Part shown: in pieces, positions 35,303-49,692 of the stretch
Numbering within the stretch: position 1 is the stretch's first letter
How the letters are laid out: each line of letters opens with the position of its first letter
From: Owenia fusiformis
Taxonomy: Eukaryota
Length of the DNA: 64,000 bases
Direction of reading: 5' to 3'
Assembly: GCA_903813345.2 (NCBI GenBank)
Contig: CAIIXF020000001.1
Location: forward strand, 10,912,001-10,976,000
Program-made: the position numbers and the translations under genes
The notes under the pieces: model-generated
Database searches by the model: none
Told to the model about the DNA's origin: nothing
Seen by the model: only the letters and a program-made list of their open reading frames with translations

Positions 35303-37483
35303 TTCTAGTTAACTTTGTAAACAAATGGGAAAGAAAAAATATAAATTACTCAAATTACAGATTAGACAGACCCATTAGGGAAACCTAATTTTCAAAAATA
35401 GAATGAGTTTTGTTTTATTCCCCGCAATAATTTTCTACTGTTGTGTTTGGACACATGCCTTTAATTCTGACATGGGATGAGAATTTTGATGTGGCATAAA
35501 AATAATATGTATTATTTATCATCAAAACCACACCCTGGTTCCAATAAACTATACCATTTATCAAACCATACCTCAGGAGATGCCTGCATGATACTTAATA
35601 TGCAGAGATACATTATGAGTGAACTTTTTTAACCATCCACTTGTTCGAGATTATTGTTTGTCAATAGCTTTCAACGGATAAAATTGAAAAAACTCTAAAG
35701 TTTGCTTGTTCAGTGTGTACCTTGTAACAGAAAAAATAATGTCTGTAGAGCCTAATGAGCAGAAAACTGTGAAAGAAAATATAGATGTCTGTGATTGTAT
35801 GAAATGTCAGCCAAAGATCAATATTTTTCAAAACACTACCCAAAAAATCTCAATCAGTAATATACCCCCAACGTTTTAATAAAAGAAATCATGAACAGCA
35901 AAATTAAAATACTAAAAGATCTTGCCAGATTCCTCCTAGAGTGTGACAAAATAAGGACATTTTAATAGTTTGTAGCATAGTATGTATATAAGCCTATTGT
36001 AGGTATTTTCATGTGTTTAACATCCATCTATTTTGTACCGTAATATGTATATAATGTAGCAATTTTTGTAAGTCTATGGTACCATTATGTTAATAACATA
36101 TTTGGTGTTACTATTTTCATAGTTTAATTTACAACTGATGACCGTCTTATATACTGTAGACAAAAAAGCATGTAAAAACTGTATAGTGACCCATATGTCG
36201 GAGAAACTGACATGTTTCAAAGTAGATAAAAGATATACAGTGAAAATTCTCTTTTACAGCATGGGAAAATTATTTTCCTCAAATCACCAGGAGTTATCAT
36301 TCGTGTACTCATTTTGAACCATCCGATTCAAACTTTGTCTTACTTATTTCAAGATTGCCTCAATTACACTATACTAATTTTACACTAATTTTATGTTGTT
36401 ATTTTTGGTTAGAACTGTTACCATTCCTCATGTCAATTTATATAGCAGTCTGCAAAACCTGAAAGCAATTGAGAAAAATTAACAGACCTTGTATTGAAAA
36501 AATTAATGGTAACTTACAAGGAAAAATTTAAATGCTGAACTGTTTCATCTATAAAATGAAACTAACGATTAAAAAAATAATTTTTTAAAACCTCCAGCAT
36601 ATTAGCAAAATTAAAATTGAATGTTATCATGACACTTGACACTTCTTTACTCTTAATTTTGAAAGAATCAATATTAAAGTTTCACTTTCCAAATTCAAAT
36701 AATTAAAGGGTGTGTTTTCAGAAAAAAGTAGTTTAGAGCTTATTTTTATTTGTCTCATTGTGAAACCACCTACATGTATGTACATGCGTTGTATTAGGAT
36801 CCCTTTTACATAAAAATACAATAAAATGGATATAACAAAGTATATTATTTGAATAACAATAGTTGTTTTTCAGTTACATCCTTGTTCAAGAGGTTAGCCA
36901 CATCTGTATAAATAAAATGAAATGTTTTTTATTATCATTTTAATTTTGTTATAATATATTCAAAAACCTAAAAATGTCAATTTATTTATTTATAATTTTA
37001 ATGCTAACCACATCCCACTTGTTTTATTCTAGTATTCAAAATAATTAAAGGTACTGGTACATGTTGGAGTTGAGAAATGTTTATTATTAATTTTTGTAAC
37101 CAATCAGTTCTTCATTTGTGCCTGCCATTCAATGTTGACATTTAGTAATTCTTACATTTTCTAGGTGCTGACATTTTACCACATTAACATAGCCCCTATT
37201 TTTATGTCACCATGAAGTACAGTAACCATGCACTGTTTTTCTACCCATGTTAGTGACCAAGCAGTGTCTTCATATGCCAATATGATATAGTACCAATGGT
37301 ACAGCAATATTTAAAAGACAAATAAGAACACCTTTTCAACTAATGTCATTTGAACTCAGCATATATTTTATTTCTACATATTTTACAGAATATGTTTCAA
37401 TGATTATTATGAACTTAGATGTCACTTTTATGTTGTTGTTGTTGTTTTAACCAGGTTTGATGATTTCCACATAAATCTTTTCA

Positions 37484-40400
37484 TTATATTCCCCAACGAC
37501 AGCTCTTCTTCTTGTCTGAAAGTAGAAACCAATGAAACTAAAATTTTCCCAATTTAAAATCAAATAATGATCTGCATTATCAGTAGATTTCTCTTCCTGG
37601 AATTCCAAACCTTGAACATTTTGGTATTTTCCAAGTTTGTACATTTATCTGATGGTATTGTTGTTGTTGTTACATGTTTCCATGATTAATTTATGATTAC
37701 CTGGTTATGTCAATTATCAAAATGGTTTTGAATTAGTATGATATAATATTTATTTAAGACGACTGTCGCTTCATCAGCAATTAGCTTATGTTAAAGGAAT
37801 ATTCCTTGCCAGACCCTTTCTCTCTTGATATGGTAGCTTTAATCATATATATAGTTTCCATATTTAGCAAAACATGGGAAAATGTTTTAATATGGTCAAT
37901 ATTGATCATTTAAAAATCTAGTGCTTATTTCCAGTGAGCTGCTATCTTTTAAGATTTCTTGCAGGAAGTGATGTCATCAACTCTCAACTTCTATAACCTT
38001 GCCCATAACAGTATAAGAAAGTAGCACAAAATCAATTCTAGACAAGTGATCATTACTTTCTGTGCAAAAATATTTTCAGGGCTTGTCAACTTAGAATAAA
38101 AGAAGAGATTTTCAGAAGGATTAAATAAGATACAAAGTTGAAAAAGAATATTTAGCCGGTTTTGTAATTCTTAATAGCTCCTCACCTAATGCTATATGCA
38201 AAGTTGAGAGTCGATGACATCACTTCCTGTGTGAAATTTTAAAAGATGGCAGCTTACTGGAATTGAGCATCACATTTCTAAGTGATCAAATTTGACCATA
38301 TCAAAACATTTTTGCGTGTTTTGCTTAACATGGCAAGCATATATATATGGTTATAGCTACCATATGAGGAGAGAGATGGTTTGGCAAGGAATATTCCTTT
38401 AAGAGTAGGTACAGTAATTAGTTTGAAAACAGGAAGAGTACAACTAAAATTGAACTTCCATTTGAGGAATTTAGGAAAGTGACCCAACTTGTATAAAAAT
38501 TCCTGAAACTAAGCAATCAGTTTATGAAATTTAAGTTTTGAAAAGATTGCCTAGTTTAAAGGGCAACTAAGGACTGAAACTCTAAGATTTTGTGTTTACT
38601 TACTATTAATACATATCTCCTCAGTAAGGTGAATTCCCACCCACTTCAGGTCCTCAAAAACTCCACCCTCAGATGGTCTCTGCATGTCTACAATGGTACA
38701 GTTGATTGGTCTTGAGGCCATGTGCTTCCATTCCCGCTCATAGCCATCATTTTTGTCATTGTGATTTGGAAGCCCTTGTTTAACAAGAAATAAAATGAAG
38801 TCAAATGAAGCACATAGGGTAATCTTTTTATGAGTTAAGACAGAAATCAATTAATATAAAAACAGGAAATTAAACAACTAAAACTAAACAAAAAGGAAAG
38901 GACCAAGCTCCCCAAGAAAATAAATTGAAGATGTGTGGTTGCAATTGAAGGACTATTTCACCCTATAGTCTTCTCTTATTTGCATTCTACTATCTTCACC
39001 AATACATTCATCATATCTTTCCTTCCCAGAAATTTACATCAAAAACTAATGCTTAGATTAGCTTTACTTTTACCCACCAATTATGTACACCTCTGCTCCA
39101 TATTTCTTCAACTTCAGAGCTGCTTTAATGGTAGAAGCTCCACTATCGACTCTTTTTTTCTTAACCTTCCAAGTTCTACCATCTGTTGCTAATACCACTA
39201 TTTTCCTTACATGGTCATATTGTTTTCTGTTGGATGTCTTGAACTGCTTTAGTGCCATCTCTGGAACATATAATGTATGTATATGTAGCGTTCAATATAT
39301 CAGTTCAATTAAAATATTGATCACTGTGTACTTGCATGTACAAATTTATTTCAATTGCTGTTAGTTGATATCCAGTTAATTTATATTCCTGGTATCTCAT
39401 TAACATTTTAGCAAGAAGAGCCTATGGGACTGAGTAGGCATTGTCCATTGGTCCATTGGTCCATTGATGATCTTTCCATCAATCTTCATTTGTGCTTTTT
39501 TAAAACTGCTATTTGTCTAATAAGGTTGTGTGCAATTTATGTTATGTATTACAATTTCTCAAAGTATTCAAAGTTTTGAAAATTGCTAATATGATGTCAA
39601 ACTTCTTATATATCTATGTTGGCACAGGTGGCATTGGGTCAGTTGAGGTTCTTTTCGTGGGTTTAATTTATGTGAAATCAATTCAGTTCACAAGTTTAGA
39701 TATAAAAACTTTCTTTGAGTAGTTAATATTGAAAAAAAAAATATTTCTTCACTTTGTTTCGATATCCCCATTATGGCCATTAGTCTTCCAGAGCTGTATT
39801 AAATAATCATGTACTTACTTAATGCAATATGAGTTGAAGTATATTTGGTTGTTGTCCTTGGGATTTCGTTAACAATTTTAATGAGATCATCCTTGCCATG
39901 CTGCCCTAGTTTGGAATGGATCGTTACACCACCCCCATATGTCAAAAGTGCAATCTGGATTGAGAACAAAACAGGAAACATTTAAAAAACAAAATAGCAC
40001 AAACCTTAATGCTGTATCATGTAATCAAAAAGTGATTCATTACATTCACAATGCAACTAGATACTGAAATGGTAACTTTATATCAAGTACTTGTATTTCT
40101 TAATACTATTTATGTCACTGTCACCACTCACTGTCACCCCCATGACAAAATATGCCACCTTTTTATGACTGATTTTCTTCATTTAGCACCATCATTTGAT
40201 GTCAGTAATAGTGTTGACATTTTGTCATCACAATGCCCCGTTTCTTTTGTTTTAACATTATTTTATAGACTTCATAGATGCTATACCTGAAGTCCTTCAG
40301 ATTTATCAATCATATTTGGTTCAACAATCTTATCTTGTGCATCTAGAAAATCATCTAGAAATTCTAGCAAATGGTCAACATTCTTTGGGAGAATACTGTT

Positions 40401-41695
40401 GGATCTGTCCAGTATAAACACCACATCTGCTGTACAACATGGGGGAACTGCAATAAAAATAAAATTCTATGAGGAATAAAATTAGACAGTATTTAATAAA
40501 TTGGGAGGAGGGTTGACAACAATGTTGTCTGGATTAAGAATAAATATTGGGCTGAATGATTTTGAAAACATTAAGAGTGTCTAAGAATTTAGAAAATCAT
40601 TTCAAGCATTTAGACACAAAGCAGGGAATATATGTTACTTTCTTACTTGTCTTATCTGTCCTGTATATTTCGAGTAATCCAATTTTTATAGTTTGGTCGT
40701 TATTTATCCCAAGGTGCAGGAATGGTACTGATGGTACATTAAACTGTGTTACTACATGATGTGGCAAGATGTTCCATTCTTCATCACCAGTTATTGCTAC
40801 AGCATTATTGATGGGAAGGATCTTCACCACCTGGATGCTCATTGTGTTTTCTTTTTTCATCTTTAGTGCAGCAAGTATGGTTTTGTCTCTCGCATTTCTA
40901 ATGGTAAAGCCGTCTTCCTTAGAAATACCATCTGTGAAAATTATGGTGTTATCTGGGACCCCATTATGAACTTTATTTTTGAAAAGTTCATGACATGCTT
41001 CTATTGCTTTGTATGTCACAGCAGTATGATCATCACATACACTTTCCACACTCTCTCTCCAAACGTCCTCTATATTCCCAACCTCTGTTGAACATGGCAG
41101 TATAACTGTTGCATCTTTGCTATATGTTACCAATGAAAAAGTAGGAGATTGGGTGCTGTGAAGGATTTCAAAAATGTCATCTTTAACACTTTTTAGTATC
41201 TTACTTCGATGGTCTTCATTTTCTCGGCAAGATGTTTGAATGATGAAGCAGAAGTCTCCTAAGGTCTCTTTATCTAAAATAGATAAATAGAGGTCATGCC
41301 ATGGAAGGGATTGTATATTGGGTTTATCCAGAGGGAAACATGTATTATCTCAATTGTAAACTGAAGATACAATCCAACTGGGGATGATGTTTTATACAAT
41401 GAAATGAAAATTCACCCTCTCCAATGTAAGAAAATTTAGGAAAATATAAAGTGTAGTCCCTAATTCAAAATCACTTACGAGAAACAACTTGACATTTGTT
41501 ATCCCAGTATTCAGGGCCCAAGTTCAGCTCAAAGCCTTTTCTTTGCTTTGTTGTATAATTACTGTTTTTCATGAGGAGATGCCAGAAGTTGGGGTCACGT
41601 CTGCCATAGTGGTTTCTCAGCTCTGCGATACCCGCTGCTTCACTTGTGGGCAGGCTATACAGCATCAGTGTTGTGGCAATTAGAAGCAACATCAT
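37484..41695 (-). CDS. Secreted protein with two tandem von Willebrand factor A domains (paralog B), ~508 aa
   Basis: Exons 41695-41479 (signal peptide MMLLLIATTLMLYSLPTSEA), 41273-40647, 40447-40287, 39954-39819, 39260-39078, 38774-38604, 37515-37484. In phase, 1527 nt, with the same exon/phase pattern as paralog A. vWA1 DFCFIIQTSCR...IIFTDG; vWA2 ADVVFILDRSNSI...VVLATDG. Confidence 0.87.
37795..38398. mobile_element. Kolobok-like palindromic MITE in the last intron of vWA paralog B
   Basis: ttaa|AGGAATATTCCTTGCCA ... TGGCAAGGAATATTCCT|ttaa, with inverted arms of ~200 bp. TTAA TSD with purine-purine ends. Confidence 0.8.
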
Positions 41696-41827
41696 TGTGA
41701 AAAGCTGCTGTGAATAATTTTATACATTATAACCTACATTTACTATGAACATAATTTCTTCATGTTTGATGGATTCACGACAATGGAATTCAATGGTAAA
41801 AGTCTCTTATATTGATGTGAGTAGATA

Positions 41828-42970
41828 CCCTTATACAAATTTACTGGCTGTCACAGCCCGCTGTCACAGCGCTCTCACAGCCCGCTGTCACAGCGCTCTC
41901 ACAGCCCGCTCTCACAGCGCTCTCACAGCCCGCTGTCACAGCGCTCTCACAGCCCGCTGTCACAGCGCTGCGACAGCGCTGCGACAGCGCTCTCACAGCG
42001 CTGTGACAGCCCATCGGAATGTACCATGCAAATGAGGCTGCGACAGCGCTCTCACAGCATTTCCATATATGGCATTGATTATGCATCCTTCCTACACATA
42101 AATTTTAGTTACCTATAGCAACAAGACAAGAAGATAAGGGATATCAGAAAACATTTAGCTACCAAGACCCTGCATTTCCATCTAACTGATGACAATATAT
42201 TTGCACCCTAGATCAAGTTTGCATTTAATTAGAAACTTTCTTTATGGATTCAAGCCAGCTTATATATCTATGCACTCCTTATTTGGTTTTTGCCTTGAAT
42301 TCCATTGTTCAGTTTGAAAAATGTGTAATAGCTGTTATTGTACATGTACATGCAAATTTCCCCAATTGTATCAATTTTATCCTTTATGGTGCACTATAAT
42401 GTCTATATGTGCTAATACATTGATATTTCAGACCTTTAGTTTAACCATGCAGTATGTACTAACTTGCACAAAATTCATTTCATTTGATCCTTTTTCTTAG
42501 ATCACTAGAACATTCCAAAGGTATCTATAAATAATCAGTAGTACAATACCTTACATATGCTTTGTAAATTAGTAATGATATGATGGCCATTTCAGCATAA
42601 CTCCTTTGTTCTTTCCTCATACAAAATTCCTGCTCTAACTGATTTTTAGTTTGAATTTTTTAACCCACAATGCATTGGTACTTCCTGCTGTGAGAGGGCT
42701 GTGAGAGTGCTGTGAGAGCGCTGCCACAAACTGTGGCTAAGAAAGCATGTTGCTGTAATTGATCCAGCCACTTAATTACTGTCACATCCCTCTCGCAGCG
42801 ATGGATGGAAATAGAATGCTGTGACAGCGCTCTCACAGCGTTCTCGCAGCGTATGGATGTGAGAGGATTGTTGCTGAAATTGATCCAGCCATCATTTTAA
42901 GCCTATATGCTGTCACAGCGCTGCGACAGCGCTGTCACAGCGCTGTCGCAGCAATTATTTTCCGTAAGGG
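41828..42970. mobile_element. Non-autonomous DNA element with CCC ends, TA TSD and subterminal repeats (EnSpm-like)
   Basis: ta|CCCTTA...GCTGTCACAGC and GCTGTCGCAGC...TAAGGG|ta. Arrays of 11/22-bp CACAGCGCTCT/CACAGCCCGCTGT units at 41850-42060 and 42690-42950. Confidence 0.7.
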
Positions 42971-44039
42971 TAGTGATGTCAGTGAGTTGTAGTGATGTCA
43001 CAATTAGGCCACACTGCTATAACTTTTTGATTTTGAGAGATTATCTTCTGTATTTCTTACTTTATTGAGTTATTTTTCACTAAATCGTTCGATTTGACTA
43101 GATCAACATTCATGCTAAGCACATACCAAGTCTAAGATCTTACTGACATGATTTAGATAGCGGTTAAGCGCCCCTGATTTTGAAAAAAACGGAGGGCGCT
43201 TATAAGGATCGATGTTTAGTATGAATTTCACCCAAACTTCGCACATTCATATATACATGTATATAGATAGACTCATGATCTAGTCAAATCGGCATACCTG
43301 GTAAATATTCGACCCATGGTTTCGCAAAAGGTCAATTGACACAGTAGTTCACAGAATAAAATGTGATTATGTTACACAATATCATTGTCAAACATTGTCT
43401 AAAGTAATATAGTAAGTCAAACAAATAATCAGTCACTTGAAACAATTAATGTAGAATCGATATTACAAACTGAACAAAATGTATAAATATATTAAAATGC
43501 AAATAATATAAGATGAGCTCACCTATCATGTCGTGTTGACAATAACATAAATGAGGAAAGCACCTGTTTCTATATTTGCGGAAGTGATGGAATAAATTAT
43601 GTATTAATATGAATGTATGTAACAGCATCACCAAGATATAAAGAGACCCCACCAACCAATAATGGTCTATGTATTATGTCCTTCTGTTATGTTCAGTCTT
43701 TTATCATGATCCATAGAAATCAAAAATACAAATTTCCAATAACCTTTATGGATATACTTGGTACATTGAATATTTAAAAAGGAACATTAAATGTAGTCAA
43801 TTGCTTTGATGATTGTTGATAGTGATGTTGAGAGTGAAATGGGAGCCAGGATTCATATAGATGGCAGTTCACTAATTTTCTCCAATGGGTTGTTCTTCAC
43901 AATCGCCCCATTGGTTTATGTGTAAATATTGCTGTCATATAACTTCAAATACATAAATCAACTTGATATCACATTATCTCTTAATACATGTAATTTACTA
44001 AAATGTTTTGAATATGAGACTTTGTATATTTTCTTTGAA

Positions 44040-44764
44040 AGGAATGGTATCGATATGGAGAACTTTTTGAACACACGTTTCTCTTAAACCAGTCATAAAG
44101 AAAATCTAAAAAATGTTACACATCATCAATTTAATGGTCATCTTTTGAATGGTAACAATATGATTTGAATATACTTTCATCTATATTATTTTAGAAAACA
44201 CATCAAACACTTGTTTTGTTCTTGGTATCATGTTCCAAGAGTGAAATGAAACATCTTTCCGAACCTCATTGGAACAAAACGACATAAACACAACATGTTT
44301 AGGTCTCTCAATATTGTAATTGTACAAAGGAAATTTTGGTTGATTTTAAAAAAGTACCTTTTTAATGAAAAAAAGGTTTATCTTGATATTATCTATTTTG
44401 GGGGGATTTTGTTTTAATTTTTTGAATACTTTTTTAAAATCAACCCAAAATTCCTTTGTATAACTACTATAATATTGAGAGGTCTAAAAACATGTTGTAT
44501 AACTTATTTTGTTCCAACAAGGTTTGGAAAGACATTTTATTTCATTCTCAAGAATTGGTAGAAAGGAGCAAAAACATTTGCACTAAAAAAACAAAAAATG
44601 TTAACAAAAACAGTTATATAAAATATTTCTAAATAATTTTGCATTAAATTGTTGTCAATCAGTCAACATTACATAAAATACCGTGTTTTTTACAGAATGT
44701 TTTCAATGATTGGTTTAAGAGAAAAACATTGTTGAATTCAGTTCTCCATATCGATACCACTCCT
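44040..44764. mobile_element. Kolobok-like MITE with long imperfect inverted arms
   Basis: AGGAATGGTATCGATATGGAGAACT ... AGTTCTCCATATCGATACCACTCCT. Flanks TGAA/TTGA may be a decayed TTAA. Inner inverted blocks at 44250-44360 and 44430-44550. Confidence 0.7.
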
Positions 44765-45427
44765 TTGATTAAGGAGATTTTGTAGCAATTTTTACAAGTT
44801 AGAGTATACTACTGAATGTTTATTGACAGTCCTTATGGCAACTGGGTGTCATTTCTGAAGCATGTCTGAAAACTTCAAGCACAAACATGTGTTTTGCAGT
44901 ACATGTAGTTTGGAAATAATATTTCCTGTCAGTTTGTTAAGAGATGAGCCTTTAAGATTTAAACATTTACAAGCCTTTAAAATGATTATGTAGGATTCTC
45001 TGTGGGAAGAGAATAATGTTAACATTTGAATTTAACAAAACCTCAAACCAAACACTGAAAACCATACCAATGAACAATAGACTATGGCTATTTGAAGTAA
45101 ATTATATGGTTAGTAGGATGTATTTTTCTGCTCTATGAAGTTTTATGTCAACATTATTCAGTAGACCTACATAGAAGGCCCTCACAATATAATAGGCCTG
45201 CTAATGATTTTCTCAATATTGTTAATTTTGTGTATTCATTATTAGGAGACCCTCAGAAGAGGTCTCCTACTAGAAGAGGTATCCTATTATTTTGTCAATT
45301 TTATTTATTTATTATTAGAAGGCCTTCAGATGAGGTATTTTATTAATTTTGTGGATATTATTTATAATTTTATTCATTAAGTCTTTTGCATATTTTTTTT
45401 CTCCTACTTCCAGCTAGGTTTCAATTA

Positions 45428-46055
45428 TTATGTCACCACCAATAAGTGGTGACATATTGTTATGGTCTCTGTTTTTGTGACGGTGGTTGATGGTATGCGG
45501 TCAGCGGATGGTGGTTGGCGATCAGCAGTTGGTGTCTGTAACAAATTCTTAAAACTTCCAATAACTTTAACAAATACTGTTTAGACTGACTTCAGCTTTT
45601 TTCAAAATCATCTACAAGTTTTCAGGAGAATATTTAAGATTTGACCTTGAGTGACCCTTTCCAGGTCAATAAAGGTCAAAGGTATTTTTTCAACTTGCTT
45701 CAAATTGACAACATTTTTTTCAAAATTATCTACACTTTATCAGAAGTTCAAATCTGACTTCAGATTTGACCTTCATTGACCTTCTCAAGGTCAAAAAAGA
45801 TCTAAAAGGTCTTTTTCAACTTGCTTCAAATTGACCAATTTTTTCAAAATTATCTACAATTTCTCAGAAGTTCAAATCTGACTTTAGATTTGACATTTCA
45901 CCTTCAATGACATTTTCAGTGTCAAAAAAGGTATTCGTTCACCTTGCTTCAAATTGACCAATTTCTTTTCAGTGTCATCTACAAGTTCTTAGAAATTCTA
46001 ATCTGACTTAGGATTGAATTCATAATATTGTGAGCAACTAGTTGGTGACATTTTT
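45428..46055 (+). mobile_element. Second Helentron-like non-autonomous family with ~125-bp central tandem repeats
   Basis: 5' hairpin ATGTCACCAC...GTGGTGACAT; central TTGACCTT/AAGGTCAA repeats; 3' GGTGACAT. A homologous copy lies at 53765-54315. Confidence 0.6.
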
Positions 46056-49000
46056 TCATGTTAATGCTGGGCTGGCATCGAAATTATTTTTTATCCAGGT
46101 CAAGGTCTAAAGCGAAAAAGTTCTCAATTTATTTCAAAATGGCCACCACTTGGATCTACATTGACAGCTATTATGTCAAGTGCTCCGAGCTCATGGCTGG
46201 AATTTTTCACAACCATTCTGTCAAAATCTTTGCAAAAGGGCAACTATTTTTTTTGAAAAGTGGTAAAATATTCCAAGCATAAAACGGATACCCATGATAC
46301 TATTCATTTATTACAAGCGCATAAGTTTCCACCTTGTGTACACACCTGTTCAAACCTAGATGTTATGAAATTAGCAGGATGACATTAATGAAATGTCATT
46401 TCGAAGTAATCTTGATTTTAACACGAGTGCAGTATATTCGAGTACAATATTATTATATATATACTAATGTAGCATCTATTGGAAATAATGTCAAATGGTG
46501 AAGCCAATTTAACCAATTGTTCCCTAAAATTATGGCTGGCATTTGAAGCCAAATTATGAATGTAATGTCATTGTCAGAAATTGACCATCATTCATAGTGC
46601 ACAAACACATGAATATAGAAGGTCGTAAATGAAGGCAGAACATTCTCAACATCTACACATCTGTACAGAAGCATATTCAAGAGGAGTTCTGTGATCGCAG
46701 TGTAAATGGAATGGAGAAACTAAAGGTAAAGGCATGTAGCTACAGTTCCAATTATTTCTATGTATATGTGCAATACTTTTGTTTGACATTTTATTTATAA
46801 TACAAAATACATTGAATAGGTAGCGCAGTCTAAAGTAAAATAAAATAAATAAAAAATAATACCTCTCAATTAGACAGGTTTTACTCGGTTATTCTCATTT
46901 TCTTTAGTATAATGTTAAAATATACATGACATACCATCAAGGTTGCAATGATGGATCACAAAGGGCTATAATTGATAAAGACAAAGGTATACAAAATTAT
47001 TTACTTATGTATGTAATAATAACTTATTATTTTCTTACAGTCTTATAACAATGACTTTGCAAGAACAGAAAATGAACATACATGCTGCTACAAACCTAAG
47101 TATAATATTAGATTTTACTTCATAATTCAACCACCCACTTGATTGGTCTTTGTGTCTCTCCTCCAGTCTGTCGTTTATCTAATTCAATGATATAATTGAA
47201 AAAATTGAAATAGTCCTTCTTTTCAATTGTCTTTTTACTCTAATCTCATTAGTTTGTGAATTTAGATGCAACCTGTCAACATGTCAACATTTTTAAAGTG
47301 AAATCATTTCAATTTAGGTGAAGGATAGGCTACCATAAGTGAGAGATGATTGGACAGGACAGGAGACTGAAAAGCAGGTGAGTGCAGTTGCTCATGTGAG
47401 CTAATTTTATTGGTATCTTCTCAGTGACTTTTATACAAAAAGTGTCTCTTTTACTCAAATAAATTATAAACTTTATATCACATATTTTGATTCAGGAATT
47501 GATTTATGTAGGATTCATTACATTCAACAGGTTGATGTGTTAAGTCTATAAAAGGCTGCTGGTGCAAACTTCTATCAACAACAGACTGAAAAGGGTAATA
47601 CATTCTTAATTTATTAGATATATTATTTAATATTGATATTGTAGTAGAGTAATAATAAGAAACATTTAATTGTGATCGTATAAATGTCTAATGTTTGCTT
47701 CTTATGAATAATGTCAGGGATTACAAAGACTAATCCAGTGTTCACTGTGAAAAAATTGCTGGACAGACTATGTGTGATTGCAAATTATGTTACTCATAAT
47801 TAATTATTTATTTATTTATCTACTTATTAATAGTATGTTCATTTTTTCAGTTTTCAACAAATAAAAAATAACAATCCATTATTCAATTGTTGCATATAAA
47901 ATTTATTTATTATTTTATACCATACATTTTCATAGTGTGACAATCTTATGACAGTATTGAATTGAAGCATTATGTGCGTTCAGTACATAGTCAGATGACG
48001 TTTCCGATACCAGGTGTTTGGAGCCAATTTGACTATACATTGATGATATATAGGTTTTCACTAATGATGTTATGGTGTATACATAATATTATATATGTGC
48101 AATTGATTACATTGAGTCAGTGTAATAGTAATGATGATTGTAACATAGTCACAGCTGCAGAGAAATGGAACTTAATTCCATTAATGTGGTTCAGATGTAC
48201 ATTGGAATAAAAGCTTTCACATTGCACCTTGTTTTGGTAATTTATGATAACACTGAACGATAATTTATGAACTTTCAAAGGCATTTAACACTTATTTGTT
48301 ACATTATGTAATATTGTTTTCTAATAGATATCTTCATTGTAACCTTGATGATTCCATAGCACTATATAAGACAAAATAAGAGAAAACAGATAAAACAGAA
48401 CCTTGACCTATTCATTTCATATACATCAGTAACAAATCATATGATCACATCTCATAGTGCTGTTGAGTCTTTTTAATAGGCCATATGTACATCTCTAATT
48501 ATTGATGTACATCTCTTAATTATGATGTAACATTTGAAGTCTCAGTTTGTTAATATTAGCCACTGTGCCATATAGAAATACAAGATAAGGGTTATCAGTT
48601 ACTATCAACAAAATATATATTCTCTTAAGAATACATAGCTCTAGGAGTTATGGCTTTTGGTTTAAACTCAGCTATTTAATTTTGACAAAAGTCAGATTAT
48701 TTTGTAATGATTTGTGATTCATAATTGTTAATATAATTTGTATTGCCTCATTACAGTGGTATTCCAAACCAGAAGACTACATAGGAATGTGGTTATACTA
48801 TTTAGAGTGAATACATCATGCACACTTTGATGTTTTGAAATTTTCAGAAACGTTACATGACAGGGATGATATGATCCAAGTTTGGCATAATCTTTGACAA
48901 ATTGCTTTCTTTCTCTGATTCATCCTTTACACTATATGCATATAAGGCCAAATCAGATATGGCACACTTTTATCTGGCATTAGTGTCATAGATATTGTAC

Positions 49001-49692
49001 AATGTGGAAGATCATTTTAAGTGTATACATTGAGGCGTGCTCTTGGATAATTAGAACTGCAGACAACAGTATGTGTTTGATTTTATTCCAGGTTATTCTT
49101 TTCATGGTTTGCATCTGTTGCTCCAATTGTCCATGGAGTTGCACATAATGCATAGCTTAATTCTGACCAGATATTGGATCTTCATTTCAATAACGCTCAA
49201 ACCTACACACTGTTTATGTACATTATAAATAATATTTCTACCATCTAATATGCACATGATTGTATTTACATTATGTGGATTAGCCTTTACATGTACTGTA
49301 CTTATATACACTCACATCAAATTATATGCACATCTTTGATGACACTTGCATACATATTGCCTTACTCACTTGTAGACAGTTGTCTTATATTTACATGGGA
49401 CAAATATGATTAAATCCACGCAGAATACTTGTATTCATATAAGAACTAGACACTATGTACACTCTATATTATAAGGGACTAGGTAAATATTGCGATGTTG
49501 TCCTGAAACATGAGTAATTACATCCCCAATTTACCCTACCCCTAAAAAGGAAATTTAATTCTTTTTTGATTTTTCAAATCTAAAGATTCTTCTGTTTGAA
49601 GATCAGTGTACTGATAGCCATCCCCCAATTTTAATTGGGGGATGGAGTTTGATAATCATGTACATCGATATATTTACCTTCTCCCCAAGTAC

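Noticed and set aside
41745-42086. Repeat-protein ORFs (TARCHSAL)n / (AGCESAV)n
   Set aside because: Translations of 11/22-bp subterminal repeats of a DNA transposon.
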